Positions 16,898 through 26,781 of a stretch of DNA of 58,468 bases are shown in pieces. A program made the position numbers and the translations under genes. The DNA comes from Sedimentisphaerales bacterium. Lineage in GTDB: Bacteria > Planctomycetota > Phycisphaerae > Sedimentisphaerales > UBA12454. Numbering within the stretch: the stretch's first letter is position 1; every line of letters starts with the position of its first letter. A model generated the notes under the pieces. The model made no database searches, was not told the origin of the DNA, and worked only from the letters and a program-made list of their open reading frames with translations. The DNA is taken from the NCBI GenBank assembly GCA_049691175.1, contig JBAVNP010000015.1:1-58468 (forward strand), in the 5' to 3' direction.

Positions 16898-17562
16898 TAA
16901 AATATCCTTTCGTGAAAAGTTTTTGATTCAACCCCGCGCCGCGGTCGGGCGGGGTCAAGATATCAGACAAAGTTCAGCAGTATAGCTTGGCAGACGGCAA
17001 AATGAAAGACAAATCCCGCACCTATTTTTACCGTATTTTCCTAAAATCGGCAGTGATTCGCAGTAAACCACAGTTTTTTTCTCTTGTATTTGCACAATAT
17101 AATAGATGCGGCATTAAACACTGATTTTGATGATTTTTTCGAGTTTTTAGGGAGTTTTTTTAGCCACAAAGACACTAAGGCACTAAGGGAAATTAGCCAC
17201 AGAGTTCACCGAGCGACACAGAGAATTTAGACACGGATTTACACAGATTAACACGGTATATTTGCTTTAAGGCGATGTTTTGCAAACACCATTAAATTCA
17301 AACCGAGTGCCTTGCTTACAAGTAGAATGCTGGCACAGGGATATGAGGAAGATACCCGCGGCAAAGGCTGGAAATATGGCTATACCTTTTCAAAGCGAAT
17401 TTAAAATCTGCCGCAAACAACGAGATTGCCGCGCTGCGCTCGCAATGACGAAGTGTACGAAAAAATCGTACAGTTGAAAGGGTGGGTACAAATTGTCCAT
17501 ACCCTTGAATTGATTAAATATTAATGGATTCCCGCTTACTATCAAAAGACCTCAATCCGAAA

Positions 17563-17811
17563 ATGTTAGATTATGATGATTATTGGTTCCCTGCTGCAAT
17601 CCCAAAGGAGTGTTCCCTGTTGCTGACCCAGTGAAGCTACTTCCCGGGAATGACATTACTTCTCGGGAATGACAATGACATTTTCCCTGTATTGAAATAC
17701 GGAAATAAAAAGCAAAATAAAGGATTTCCAGCGTATCAGCAAAGACGAATATCTTGAAATACTGCGGAAAAACGGATTTGTTATTCAGACAAGCCAGAAA
17801 CGTTTATTTTA
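17563..17811 (+). pseudogene. small ORF (paralog of 58306..58449) interrupted by a ~109-nt repeat insertion
   Basis: ATGTTAGATTATGATGATTATTGG and AATACGGAAATAAAAAGC... are contiguous in the 58.4-kb copy. Here they are separated by 17587-17695. Confidence 0.45.
17587..17695 (+). repeat. family B (GTTCCCTGTTGC...CGGGAATGACA) repeat cluster inserted into a small ORF
   Basis: Contains GTTCCCTGTTGC plus two CGGGAATGACA cores. Flanked by TATTGG / TATTGA, a possible short target duplication. Confidence 0.5.
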
Positions 17812-17942
17812 AAAAGAAAACCCCTGAATGACGAACCCCGTCATCAAATCCGCCTTTGCGGCGGATTTAAGATAGTAGAGGGGTTCCCTGTTGCATCCCA
17901 AGGAAGCAGCACTCGGGAATGACAAACCCCGCACCTATCATA

Positions 17943-17971
17943 TTGACAATACTGTCGTTAGAACTTACTAT
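17943..17971 (+). promoter_or_regulatory. sigma-70-like promoter (TTGACA-17 nt-TACTAT) for purC
   Basis: -35 at 17943-17948 and -10 at 17966-17971. AAAGGAGG RBS lies 5 nt before the ATG at 18001. Confidence 0.6.
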
Positions 17972-18000
17972 ACAGGTCGAAAAATTTAAAGGAGGCACAT

Positions 18001-18903
18001 ATGGCTGATATTATTTTAAGAACAGAAATTCCCGGCACAAAAGCCAGGAGCGGTAAGGTTCGTGATATCTATGACCTCGGCGATACATTGCTTATAATCG
18101 CATCCGACAGGCTAAGCGCATTCGATGTAATTATGAAGACCGGTATTCCGTATAAGGGAATTGTCCTTACGCAGATTTCAAAATTCTGGTTTGGCTTTCT
18201 GGAAGGCACAGTCGAAAGTCATTTAATCAGCGATAAGGTAAGCGATTATCCCAAACCTTTCTGCGATTATCCATCACAGCTCGTCGGCAGAAGTATGCTG
18301 GTAAAAAAGACAAAGGTCCTGCCTGTTGAATGCGTCGTCCGGGGTTATCTTGCCGGCTCAGGGTGGAAAGAATATCAGCAAAACCAAACCGTCTGCGGGC
18401 ACAAACTGCCTGCCGGTCTGGCGCAGTGCGCCAAACTGCCGGAACCGATTTTTACGCCGGCGACAAAAGAAGAACTCGGCACGCATGATGAAAATATAGA
18501 CTTCGAGCGGTGCGTTAAGACAATAGGAAAGAAAAACGCTGAATATGTTCGCGATAAAAGTATCGAGATTTTTAAAAAGGCTTCGGACTACGCCGCCAAA
18601 AAAGGCATCCTGCTTGCCGATACGAAATTCGAATGGGGCGAAATCGGCGGGAAAATAATTCTTATTGATGAGGTTCTCACTCCTGATTCATCGCGATTCT
18701 GGCCGGCGGACAAATACGAGGCGGGCAGAGACCAGGAAAGCTATGACAAGCAGTTTGTAAGAAATTATCTCGAAAGTATAAACTTCGACAAGTCCGGCAA
18801 AGGCATTGAACTTCCCGACGATATCTGCGAAAAAACCAGCGCAAAATATATCGAGGCCTACGAACAGCTCACCGGCAAGAAATTTATTCCGCCAAAAGGT
18901 TAG
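18001..18903 (+). CDS. purC: phosphoribosylaminoimidazole-succinocarboxamide (SAICAR) synthase
   Basis: Full-length long-form PurC pattern (GKVRDIYD...ASDRLSAFD...LADTKFEWG). Confidence 0.95.
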   Translation: MADIILRTEIPGTKARSGKVRDIYDLGDTLLIIASDRLSAFDVIMKTGIPYKGIVLTQISKFWFGFLEGTVESHLISDKVSDYPKPFCDYPSQLVGRSMLVKKTKVLPVECVVRGYLAGSGWKEYQQNQTVCGHKLPAGLAQCAKLPEPIFTPATKEELGTHDENIDFERCVKTIGKKNAEYVRDKSIEIFKKASDYAAKKGILLADTKFEWGEIGGKIILIDEVLTPDSSRFWPADKYEAGRDQESYDKQFVRNYLESINFDKSGKGIELPDDICEKTSAKYIEAYEQLTGKKFIPPKG

Positions 18904-18907
18904 ACAA

Positions 18908-19705
18908 ATGAGGCTGCCGGATTCAAAAAACGGTATATTTTCCTGGTTCGGCTGGCGAATACATATCAGCCAAAGGGCACAATTTATTAAAAAAGCTGGC
19001 TTTGACGCTACGTGCCTGTGGTGGGCGGATGATGAAAAGGCAAATACCGGCTCACTCGACGATTTGCCGAAGATTGTCAGAGACAGCGGACTTGAAATCG
19101 ACAATATCCACGTTCCATTCAGTGAGGCACATCTGCTTTCATCGGAAAATATATCGGAGCGCAAAAGATTAATCGACCTTCACAAACAATGGATTGGCGA
19201 TTGTGTGAGACACAATATACCGAAAATTGTTTTTCATACGTGCCCTGATTTTCCAAATCCGCCTGCTCCAAACAGCCTGCTGCTTGACAGCGTCGAGGAA
19301 ATTTTAAAATTTGCCGAATCTGCGAAGATTATCCTTGCCGTCGAGAATATACGCAGAAAGGAATATGTTGATATTATCCTTGAAAAATTCGACTCTGAAT
19401 ATCTGGGATTCTGCTACGACAGCGGACATGATTTTATATGGAGCGAAAAGCCGACAGAAATCCTGAAAAAATGGGGCCATAAACTTATCGCAACACATCT
19501 GCATGATAATTTAGGCTCTGACGACGACCATCTGATTCCCTTTACCGGCAAAATCGACTGGCAAAAAATAGTTTTAAATTGGCCGAAGGATTACAAAGGC
19601 GTTTTAATGCTCGAGGCAATAAGCGATGGAAAAACTCCATCGCCTGAAAGCTATCTCTCTGCCGCCTTTAAGAGTATAATAAAACTTAAAGATATTGAAG
19701 CATAG
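18908..19705 (+). CDS. sugar phosphate isomerase/epimerase (xylose isomerase-like TIM barrel)
   Basis: Motifs typical of the AP_endonuc_2 TIM-barrel family (ILAVENI, GFCYDSGH, HLHDN). Start set to the ATG at 18908; the longer track ORF overlaps purC. Confidence 0.78.
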   Translation: MRLPDSKNGIFSWFGWRIHISQRAQFIKKAGFDATCLWWADDEKANTGSLDDLPKIVRDSGLEIDNIHVPFSEAHLLSSENISERKRLIDLHKQWIGDCVRHNIPKIVFHTCPDFPNPPAPNSLLLDSVEEILKFAESAKIILAVENIRRKEYVDIILEKFDSEYLGFCYDSGHDFIWSEKPTEILKKWGHKLIATHLHDNLGSDDDHLIPFTGKIDWQKIVLNWPKDYKGVLMLEAISDGKTPSPESYLSAAFKSIIKLKDIEA

Positions 19706-19838
19706 CCACGAAGAAGTAAGGAGGTAAAGAAATAAAGAAGTAAGGAAAAACGGCAAACGGTTATGGTTGCGAGGCTCGTTACGTCAATCGTTATACGGTT
19801 ACGTATATTAGAAACAGCTTCCACCTTAAAATGATATT

Positions 19839-20360
19839 ATGGAAGAGAGTGATAAAAATAATATTGTTCTTATCGGAATGCCAGCCGTGGGCAAAAGCAC
19901 CATCGGCGTTCTGCTTGCCAAAAGACTCGGCAGATATTTCCTTGATACCGATGTCTTTATTCAGGCGGTTAGCGGCAGGGGCCTGCAGGAGATTATCGAT
20001 ACCGACGGGCTGGAAAAATTCTGCGAGCTTGAGGCTGAACATATTACCTGCATCGACAGAACAAACTGTGTTATCGCTACCGGCGGAAGCGTGGTTTACA
20101 GTGAAGTAGCAATGAACCATTTGAAAGAAACCAGCGAAATTGTCTATCTGAATCTGCCGCTTGAGGTGATAAAAAAGAGACTGACGGATTTAAATATCCG
20201 CGGCGTTGTAATGAGTAAAGGACAAAGCCTCGATGATTTGTATAAAAAGCGAACCCCGCTGTATAAAAAATGGGCGGATATTACGATTGACTGCTTAAAC
20301 CTAACACACGAGAATGTCGTTGAGAAAATAATCGAAGAACTTGAAGGATTTAATATTTAA
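19839..20360 (+). CDS. aroK: shikimate kinase
   Basis: P-loop (GMPAVGKSTIG), size and pattern of AroK. Confidence 0.9.
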   Translation: MEESDKNNIVLIGMPAVGKSTIGVLLAKRLGRYFLDTDVFIQAVSGRGLQEIIDTDGLEKFCELEAEHITCIDRTNCVIATGGSVVYSEVAMNHLKETSEIVYLNLPLEVIKKRLTDLNIRGVVMSKGQSLDDLYKKRTPLYKKWADITIDCLNLTHENVVEKIIEELEGFNI

Positions 20361-20452
20361 AATTGAAAATTTAAGATTGAAGATTTGCAGAATCTGCGTG
20401 CGGCAGTATTATTTTTTATCAATTTTAAATTTTCAATCTTCATTCTTCAATT
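20359..20452. repeat. low-complexity inverted repeat between convergent genes (probable bidirectional terminator)
   Basis: Arms built of ATTGAA(A/G)A-type words (20359-20385 vs 20421-20452), with a small central hairpin GCAG-AAT-CTGC. Confidence 0.5.
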
Positions 20453-20678
20453 AGATTAGTTTCCAGGCTTTAGCAAAGGCTCTGAAGCTGCGGTCGTAGG
20501 TTTTTTCGACATCGGGCGGGAAACAACAGCCGGGGAGCTGCTTCGATGCCAAATGATACTGAATGCACTGACAGCAGATTCCTTTATTATCACAGCCACC
20601 ATAAGAACAAGTGCAAAATTTCAGGTTCTCTTTCTTCTTACATTCCATCTTTGATTCCTTTTGTAAAAAACTATGCAA
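20451..20678 (-). CDS. small Cys-rich protein
   Basis: 75 aa with CKKKENLKFCTCSYGGCDNKGICCQCIQYH...PGCCFP. Overlaps the end of the upstream GTPase gene, suggesting operonic coupling. Confidence 0.6.
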   Translation of the reverse strand: MHSFLQKESKMECKKKENLKFCTCSYGGCDNKGICCQCIQYHLASKQLPGCCFPPDVEKTYDRSFRAFAKAWKLI

Positions 20679-21657
20679 AATGTAATTCTATAATATCTTT
20701 GTCGCATAAAATATGGGTCTTATGAACGTTTTGGCCGTTACGGACGCCGCTGCCCCAGCATCGGGCCGCTTTTAATCTTTCCGCAAGCTCCTTGTGAATC
20801 GACTGCGCCAAATCCGCTACCGTCGCGCCTTTATGCAGAATAAACGGCCCGTTCATATCCGGCAGCTGGCCGGGTTTTTTGGCGTAAATCCTGACTATAT
20901 CGAGCAATCTGAAAATATCGGCAAGCATTTTGTCGAGGCTTGCCCTGTCATTTACAGATATTGCAGCAATCTCAACCGGCTTTGTAAGCTGCTTTTTCAA
21001 ATTATCAATGGCGTCCGGCAGCGCCGAATCTTTTTTTGTCGCGATGATGAAATATTTTCTCGCCAGCGATTTGCCGCTTTCATCAAGGACAGGATTATTC
21101 GGGTCGAGCAAAAGCCTTTTTGATTCGAGAAAATCAAAACAGACCTTAACCTGCTCTTCTATATTTCCGCTTAAATCTATACAGACGCCGATGAGGTCGC
21201 AGTTTCGATATGCATTTACAATTCCCGCAGGAGCGAAATCGGCTGTTATCGGCGGCATATCGACTATCTCAATTTTTATATCTTCGAACTGCGCTATGCC
21301 GGGAATCGGCAGACTTGTCGTAAATGGAAAATCAGCCACGTGAGTCCTGGCGTGGGTAACGGCCGCGACTATCGCGCTTTTGCCGCTGTTGGGCAGCCCT
21401 AAAAGCACCACCTGCCCGGCGCCAGTTTTGGGAATATGGAAAAAGTCAAGGCCGTGCGATGTCTTTTTTTTCTTTTCGGAAGATTCTTTAAGTGCGCTGT
21501 ATTTCTTCCGCAGCTCCGCCCGCATATGGTCTGTGCCCTTGTGCTTGGGGATGACTCTCATCATCTCCTCGAGGGCAAGAATTTTCTCCTCGTCAGTGGT
21601 TGCTTCTCTGAACCACTTCTCAGCCTTCATATAATCTGGCGTTAAGTTCGCAGGCAT
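20671..21657 (-). CDS. OBG/DRG-family GTP-binding protein with C-terminal TGS domain
   Basis: G1 (GLPNSGKSAIV), FPFTT, and a C-terminal TGS-like segment. Confidence 0.82.
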   Translation of the reverse strand: MPANLTPDYMKAEKWFREATTDEEKILALEEMMRVIPKHKGTDHMRAELRKKYSALKESSEKKKKTSHGLDFFHIPKTGAGQVVLLGLPNSGKSAIVAAVTHARTHVADFPFTTSLPIPGIAQFEDIKIEIVDMPPITADFAPAGIVNAYRNCDLIGVCIDLSGNIEEQVKVCFDFLESKRLLLDPNNPVLDESGKSLARKYFIIATKKDSALPDAIDNLKKQLTKPVEIAAISVNDRASLDKMLADIFRLLDIVRIYAKKPGQLPDMNGPFILHKGATVADLAQSIHKELAERLKAARCWGSGVRNGQNVHKTHILCDKDIIELHFA

Positions 21658-21706
21658 TGTAACGAAAATAAAAAATTAAATATCAAATATAAAAAATAAG
21701 GAAGTC

Positions 21707-21737
21707 GTCCGGCACCAAAAGTTTTTAGGTGCCGGAC
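21707..21737 (-). terminator. hairpin terminator after leuB
   Basis: GTCCGGCACC-11 nt-GGTGCCGGAC, embedded in A/T-rich low-complexity flanks. Confidence 0.5.
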
Positions 21738-21768
21738 TCCACAATTTTTATTTTTAATTTTTTATATT

Positions 21769-22854
21769 TTATTTTGCAACTTCGGCAGCAACAAGGTCAC
21801 CAACCTGAGAGGTTGAATAGCCCATTTTTCCGGCGGCCATACTTTTCATCTTATTGGCCGTTACGAATTTAACAGCATCTTCGATTTTTTTAGCCGCTTT
21901 TTCTTCGCCGAGCGTCTCGAGCATCATTTGAGCGGCGCAGATTGCCGCCAATGGATTGATTACACCCAGGCCGGTGTATTTCGGTGCGCTTCCGCCGATA
22001 GGCTCAAACATCGAAACGCCTTCGGGGTTAAGATTTCCGCCGGCCGCGATACCCATTCCGCCCTGCGTTATCGCGCCAAGATCGGTGATGATATCGCCGA
22101 ACAAATTGCCGGTTACGAGAACATCGAACCACTCAGGACTCTTGACCATCCACATACAGGTCGCGTCAACATGATAATAATCCCTGCGGATATCAGGATA
22201 TTCTTTTTTGCCCATTTCGTGGAAAGCTCTTTCCCAAAGGTCGTAAATATATGTAAGGACGTTTGTCTTGCCGACAAGGGCAAGCGTATTTTCCGGTCCG
22301 ACTCCGCGAGCCTTTTTGCCGTGCTTTCTGGCGTATTCAAAGGCGAACTTCAGACATCTATCGACCTGAAAACGATTGTAAACTGCCGATTGTACCGCAA
22401 CTTCATTTGGCGTGCCTTTCAAAGTAAAGCCGCCTGCGCCGGTATATGCGTCGCCGGAATTTTCGCGAACGACAACATAATCGATTTCCTTGGGGCCTTT
22501 GCCCTTGAGCGGACATTCAACGCCGGGGAATAATCGGACCGGCCTTAAATTTATATACTGGTCAAGCTCAAAGCGAGCCTTGAGCAAAATGCCTTTTTCA
22601 AGAATGCCGGGCTTTACGTCGGGATGGCCGATAGCGCCGAGCAGAATAGCGTCGAATTTACGGAGTTCGGCAATAGCGCTATCCGGCAGAGTTTCGCCAG
22701 TCCTTTTATATCTTTCGCCGCCGAAATCGAAATCCGTCAAATCGGCTTTGAACCCGAACTTTGCGGCAGCAGCCTTTAAAACCTTTGCTGCTTCAGCCGT
22801 TACTTCCGGCCCAGTCCCGTCGCCGCCAATTACAGCAATCTTGTACGTCTTCAT
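21769..22854 (-). CDS. leuB: 3-isopropylmalate dehydrogenase
   Basis: Isocitrate/isopropylmalate dehydrogenase family pattern, in a leu gene cluster. Confidence 0.88.
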   Translation of the reverse strand: MKTYKIAVIGGDGTGPEVTAEAAKVLKAAAAKFGFKADLTDFDFGGERYKRTGETLPDSAIAELRKFDAILLGAIGHPDVKPGILEKGILLKARFELDQYINLRPVRLFPGVECPLKGKGPKEIDYVVVRENSGDAYTGAGGFTLKGTPNEVAVQSAVYNRFQVDRCLKFAFEYARKHGKKARGVGPENTLALVGKTNVLTYIYDLWERAFHEMGKKEYPDIRRDYYHVDATCMWMVKSPEWFDVLVTGNLFGDIITDLGAITQGGMGIAAGGNLNPEGVSMFEPIGGSAPKYTGLGVINPLAAICAAQMMLETLGEEKAAKKIEDAVKFVTANKMKSMAAGKMGYSTSQVGDLVAAEVAK

Positions 22855-22964
22855 TTAAGAATGTCCTTTCGTATAGTAATTTCTTCTTTAAAAATAAGTT
22901 TGTTTCTGTAACAAAATTAAAAATAAAATATAAAAGAGTAAAAATACAAATCAAAAACAAAAAA

Positions 22965-23327
22965 TCATCGTTTGCCTTTGAGCGTTAAAATGCTGGAGGC
23001 AAAAATATTAGCTATTTCATTCAATTCTGCCAAAAGTTTATTTGCTTCATCCGATTCGGCTCTTTTTGTGTCTCTAAGCAATGCCAGCCATAATTTGCTT
23101 TCATTCGCAGATTTTAGCGAATAATGGAAATACTGAGTATATTCCTTTTTGCCATTTGCGGCCTGACTTTCAGCGAAATTGGCTGCAATACTTGTTCCAC
23201 TGCGCAGTAACTGATCACCAATTCGCTTTGAGACATTGTCATTAGGCAGATGGTCGAGGAAGCCTATAAGCCGAAGCGTAAAAGCATACAACCTTTTTTT
23301 AAACTCATTATTAGCTTGCTTTGCCAT
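22965..23327 (-). CDS. four-helix-bundle protein (23S rRNA intervening-sequence protein family, TIGR02436-like)
   Basis: 120 aa with the family pattern (...LLRSGTSIAANFAES...YFHYSLKSANESKLWLALL...). Sits between leuD and leuB with A/T-rich low-complexity flanks. Confidence 0.85.
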   Translation of the reverse strand: MAKQANNEFKKRLYAFTLRLIGFLDHLPNDNVSKRIGDQLLRSGTSIAANFAESQAANGKKEYTQYFHYSLKSANESKLWLALLRDTKRAESDEANKLLAELNEIANIFASSILTLKGKR

Positions 23328-23357
23328 TTTTAATTTTTTATCTGTATCTTTTATTTC

Positions 23358-23840
23358 TTATTTTTTATTTTTAATATGATTTAACAGTCCGCCGTCATTG
23401 ACAATTTCAATCGCGAAATCCGGCAGCGGCTTAAACTTTATTTCTTTTTTCTGCGTTTTATTGTTAATTACGCCTTTTTTATAATCGACTTCAATTTCAT
23501 CGCCGATATTTATTTTTTCTGTCGCGCCGTCAAGCTCAATCGGATAAAAGCCGCAATTGATGCAATTGCGATAGAAAATCCGCGCGAATGATTTTGCGAT
23601 AACCGCGCCGACTTTTGCTCCCTGAATCGCCCAAACGGCGTGTTCCCTGCTTGAGCCGCAGCCGAAATCGTCGCCTGCGACTATACAATCGCCTGGCTTG
23701 CACTTTTTGACAAATTCCGTGTCAAGGTCTTCCATACAATGCTGCGCAAGTTCGGCAACATTATCGGTATTCAAATACCTTGCGGGTATTATTTCGTCCG
23801 TATTTATATGGTCGCGTTTATAAGTATGAGCTTTCGACAT
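23358..23840 (-). CDS. leuD: 3-isopropylmalate dehydratase small subunit
   Basis: Aconitase swivel-domain pattern (GDDFGCGSSREHA). Confidence 0.92.
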   Translation of the reverse strand: MSKAHTYKRDHINTDEIIPARYLNTDNVAELAQHCMEDLDTEFVKKCKPGDCIVAGDDFGCGSSREHAVWAIQGAKVGAVIAKSFARIFYRNCINCGFYPIELDGATEKINIGDEIEVDYKKGVINNKTQKKEIKFKPLPDFAIEIVNDGGLLNHIKNKK

Positions 23841-23847
23841 TTTTACC

Positions 23848-25110
23848 TCACATATATTTTCTGCAATCGGCTAATTTGCCTTCGATTGCGCTTGCTGCTG
23901 CGGTAGCAGGGCTTGCCAGATAGACTTCACTTTTTGGACTTCCCATTCTGCCGACAAAATTTCTGTTCGTTGTGCTTACGCATTTTTCGCCAGCGGCGAG
24001 GATTCCCATAAAGCCGCCAAGGCAGGCGCCGCAGGTTGGCGCGGAAATTACGCAGCCTGCCGCGTAGAAAATATCGAACAGACCTTCATCCATCGCCTGT
24101 TTCCAGATTTGCGGAGTTGCAGGCACGATAATCGTCCGTATCGCAACTTTTTTGCCTTTCATTATCGCAGCGGCGATTCTTAAATCTTCGATTCGGCCGT
24201 TTGTGCAGCTTCCGATATAAGACTGGTCCATCTTCATACCGGCACAATCGCCAATCGGTTTTCCGCCGCTGGGCAGATGGGGCAGAGCAACTATCGGCTC
24301 AAGTTTAGAACAATCAATCTCAACCATCTGCTCGTATTTTGCGTCTTTGTCCGATTCGTAAACTTTATATTCCTTTTTGCCCTTGAGGCGTCCATCGAGA
24401 TATTTTTCCGTTATCTCGTCAAAGCCGATGATGCCGTTCTTAGCGCCGGCTTCGATAGCCATATTGGTAATCGTCATTCGCGCTTCCATCGTCATTTCTT
24501 TAAGGGTCGAGCCGGTAAATTCCATCGCTTTATATAGAGCGCCGTCAGTGCCGATTTTCGCAATCACGGCAAGAATTACGTCTTTGCTGTAAACGCCTTT
24601 CGGAAGTTTCCCGTTAAGAACAAACTTTATAGACGCGGGAACTCTAAACCACAGTGTCCCTGTAGCGATTGCAGCGGCTAAATCGGTTGAGCCGATGCCT
24701 GTTGAAAATGCTGCAAAAGCACCATAGGTGCAGGTATGGCTGTCGCCGCCGATGATTACTTCGCCGGGCCTGATATGACCCTGTTCAGGCAGTAATGCGT
24801 GGCAGACGCCTGCCGCACCGAGTTTGTAATAATGCTTTATGCCTTTTTCTCTGGCCCAGGTATCGAGTCTTTTGTGCAGTTCTGCGCTCTTGATGTCCTT
24901 TGCCGGCTGGAAATGGTCAGGCGTAACGACAATTTTTTCTTTATCGAAAACTTTGTCGATGCCTTTTTCCTTGAGCATTGTTATTGCCGCCGGGGTTGTA
25001 ACATCGTGGCACATTATGCAGTCGATTTTCGCGTCGATTATATCGCCTGGTTCGACTTTTGTTTTACCTGCCGAGGCGGCAAGGATTTTTTCTGTTATAG
25101 TCATAGACAT
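23848..25110 (-). CDS. leuC: 3-isopropylmalate dehydratase large subunit
   Basis: Aconitase-family catalytic domain with Fe-S ligands (GGDSHT, GSCTNGR, CGACLG). Confidence 0.95.
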   Translation of the reverse strand: MSMTITEKILAASAGKTKVEPGDIIDAKIDCIMCHDVTTPAAITMLKEKGIDKVFDKEKIVVTPDHFQPAKDIKSAELHKRLDTWAREKGIKHYYKLGAAGVCHALLPEQGHIRPGEVIIGGDSHTCTYGAFAAFSTGIGSTDLAAAIATGTLWFRVPASIKFVLNGKLPKGVYSKDVILAVIAKIGTDGALYKAMEFTGSTLKEMTMEARMTITNMAIEAGAKNGIIGFDEITEKYLDGRLKGKKEYKVYESDKDAKYEQMVEIDCSKLEPIVALPHLPSGGKPIGDCAGMKMDQSYIGSCTNGRIEDLRIAAAIMKGKKVAIRTIIVPATPQIWKQAMDEGLFDIFYAAGCVISAPTCGACLGGFMGILAAGEKCVSTTNRNFVGRMGSPKSEVYLASPATAAASAIEGKLADCRKYM

Positions 25111-25119
25111 TTTAATTTC

Positions 25120-26670
25120 CTATTCTTTCGCCATCATTCTGTTCATCGCATCAACATAAGCCTTTGCCGAGGCCTCGATGATATCGGTCGAGACACCTCT
25201 GCCGGCAAATCTTACGCCGTTTTTATCAATTACTTTTACGGTTGCTTCGCCCAGCGCTTCTTTTCCGCCGGTAACAGCCTTTATAGAGTAGTGCTCCAGC
25301 TTCGGCGATTGTCCGGTTGCGATTCTTATCGCTTCGTAAGCCGCATCGACAGGCCCGTCTCCGCAGGCAGCTGCGATTACAGGAGCATCTTTGCCTTTTA
25401 CTTTCATTTTGACGCTCGCAGTCGGCAGAGTTCCCGTCCCGCAGGCAACGTGCAGATATTGAAGCTCGAATATATGCTCGACCGCTCTTATCTCATCGCC
25501 GACAAGGGCCGCGATATCTTCATCGAAAACTTCCGTCTTTTTGTCCGCGACATCGAGAAATCTCTGATACAGCTGTTCAAGCTCTGCGTCCGACACTTTG
25601 TAGCCAAGCTCGCTTAACCTGTGTTTAAGGCCGTGTCTTCCGGTTCTTGCGGTAAGCACGACCGCGCTTTGAGGCGAACCGACGTCCTGAGGCCGGATAA
25701 TTTCATAGGTCAGCGGGTTCTTGAGGAAACCGTCAACATGAATTCCGCTGCTGTGCGCAAAGGCATTTGCTCCGATGATTGCCTTATTCGGCGGAACAAA
25801 TATCCCGAGCATCTCGGAAACCATTCTGCTGGTCTTATACAACTCTTTCGCATTTATTTTCGTATCAATGCCGAAAAAGTCTTTTCGCGTTCTCATCGCC
25901 ATTACAGTTTCTTCAAGCGAAGCATTGCCCGCGCGCTCACCGACACCGTTGATGGTGCATTCAACTTGTCTTGCGCCGTTTCGGACGCCGGCAAGAGTAT
26001 TCGCAACGGACATTCCAAGGTCATCGTGGCAGTGAACGCTGATAATTGCTTTTTTGGCGTTCGGCACATTCTTAAATATATCAGCGATTAATTGCCCGAA
26101 CTGTTCAGGAATCGAGTAGCCGGTCGTATCAGGAATATTGACCGTGGTAGCGCCGGCGTTTATAACGGCTTCGACGACTCTATACAGATATTCCTTTTCC
26201 GCCCTGCCGGAGTCTTCACAATAAAACTCGACATCGTCGGTATATTGCTTGGCGCGTTTGACGGCCTTGACGCCCATATCAAGGGCCTTTTCCTTTTTCG
26301 CTTCGAGCGTTTTGCCGTATTTATCGTCCTTAAACTTGCTCGCGATATGAATATTGCTGATGCCAAGGCCGGTATGTATTCTCGCTTTTTTGGCTTTCTT
26401 CAAAGCCGCTCCGGCAGAATCAATATCCTTATCGACCGCTCTTGAAAGCCCGCAAATAGTCGGACCTGTTACCTGCTGCGCAATCAACTGCACCGCCTCA
26501 AAGTCCTGCGGCGAGGAAATCGGAAAGCCCGCTTCAATAACATCAACGCCTAATTTGGCAAGCTGGGTCGCCAGTTCGAGCTTTTCCCGAACGCCAAGCC
26601 TTGTTCCGGCAGCCTGTTCGCCATCGCGAAGCGTTGTATCAAAAACTATCACTTTTTCTTCAATAGACAT
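25120..26670 (-). CDS. leuA: 2-isopropylmalate synthase
   Basis: DRE-TIM N-terminal domain ([17 protein letters not shown]) plus a LeuA dimerisation/regulatory C-terminus. Confidence 0.95.
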   Translation of the reverse strand: MSIEEKVIVFDTTLRDGEQAAGTRLGVREKLELATQLAKLGVDVIEAGFPISSPQDFEAVQLIAQQVTGPTICGLSRAVDKDIDSAGAALKKAKKARIHTGLGISNIHIASKFKDDKYGKTLEAKKEKALDMGVKAVKRAKQYTDDVEFYCEDSGRAEKEYLYRVVEAVINAGATTVNIPDTTGYSIPEQFGQLIADIFKNVPNAKKAIISVHCHDDLGMSVANTLAGVRNGARQVECTINGVGERAGNASLEETVMAMRTRKDFFGIDTKINAKELYKTSRMVSEMLGIFVPPNKAIIGANAFAHSSGIHVDGFLKNPLTYEIIRPQDVGSPQSAVVLTARTGRHGLKHRLSELGYKVSDAELEQLYQRFLDVADKKTEVFDEDIAALVGDEIRAVEHIFELQYLHVACGTGTLPTASVKMKVKGKDAPVIAAACGDGPVDAAYEAIRIATGQSPKLEHYSIKAVTGGKEALGEATVKVIDKNGVRFAGRGVSTDIIEASAKAYVDAMNRMMAKE

Positions 26671-26781
26671 AACTTGTCTCCTTTTGGTCTTTTAAAACAG
26701 AAATTATGCAATAAAACTGGCTTAATTTCTACTACAAACAAAAACAATATGGGTGATTTTTAGAAAGGATTCTGTTGCGCC

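Noticed and set aside
17280-17477. 65-aa ORF in the long spacer upstream of purC.
   Set aside because: No RBS. The translation runs through repeat-type sequence (…RDCRAALAMTK… from GCCGCGCTGCGCTCGCAATGACG). The surrounding interval is repeat debris.
17972-18000. Purine riboswitch or other leader upstream of purC; likewise a SAM or Thr leader upstream of thrC (57193-57377).
   Set aside because: The purC promoter -10 lies only ~30 nt from the ATG, leaving no room for an aptamer. I could not recognise any known riboswitch core motifs by eye in the thrC upstream region. An Infernal/Rfam scan would be needed to be sure.
24799-25617. Long ORFs antisense to strong genes: 24799..25617 (+), 38233..39006 (-), 42626..43537 (-), 46428..47180 (-), 56581..57114 (+), 9527..10060 (+), 8106..8660 (+), 3709..4233 (+).
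   Set aside because: Each lies entirely within, and opposite to, a confidently identified conserved gene (leuC/leuA, PP2C phosphatase, rpsA, aldolase, thrC, TPR protein, ftsH, LOG). Their translations are low-complexity or Arg/Cys/Phe-rich shadow sequences with no RBS.
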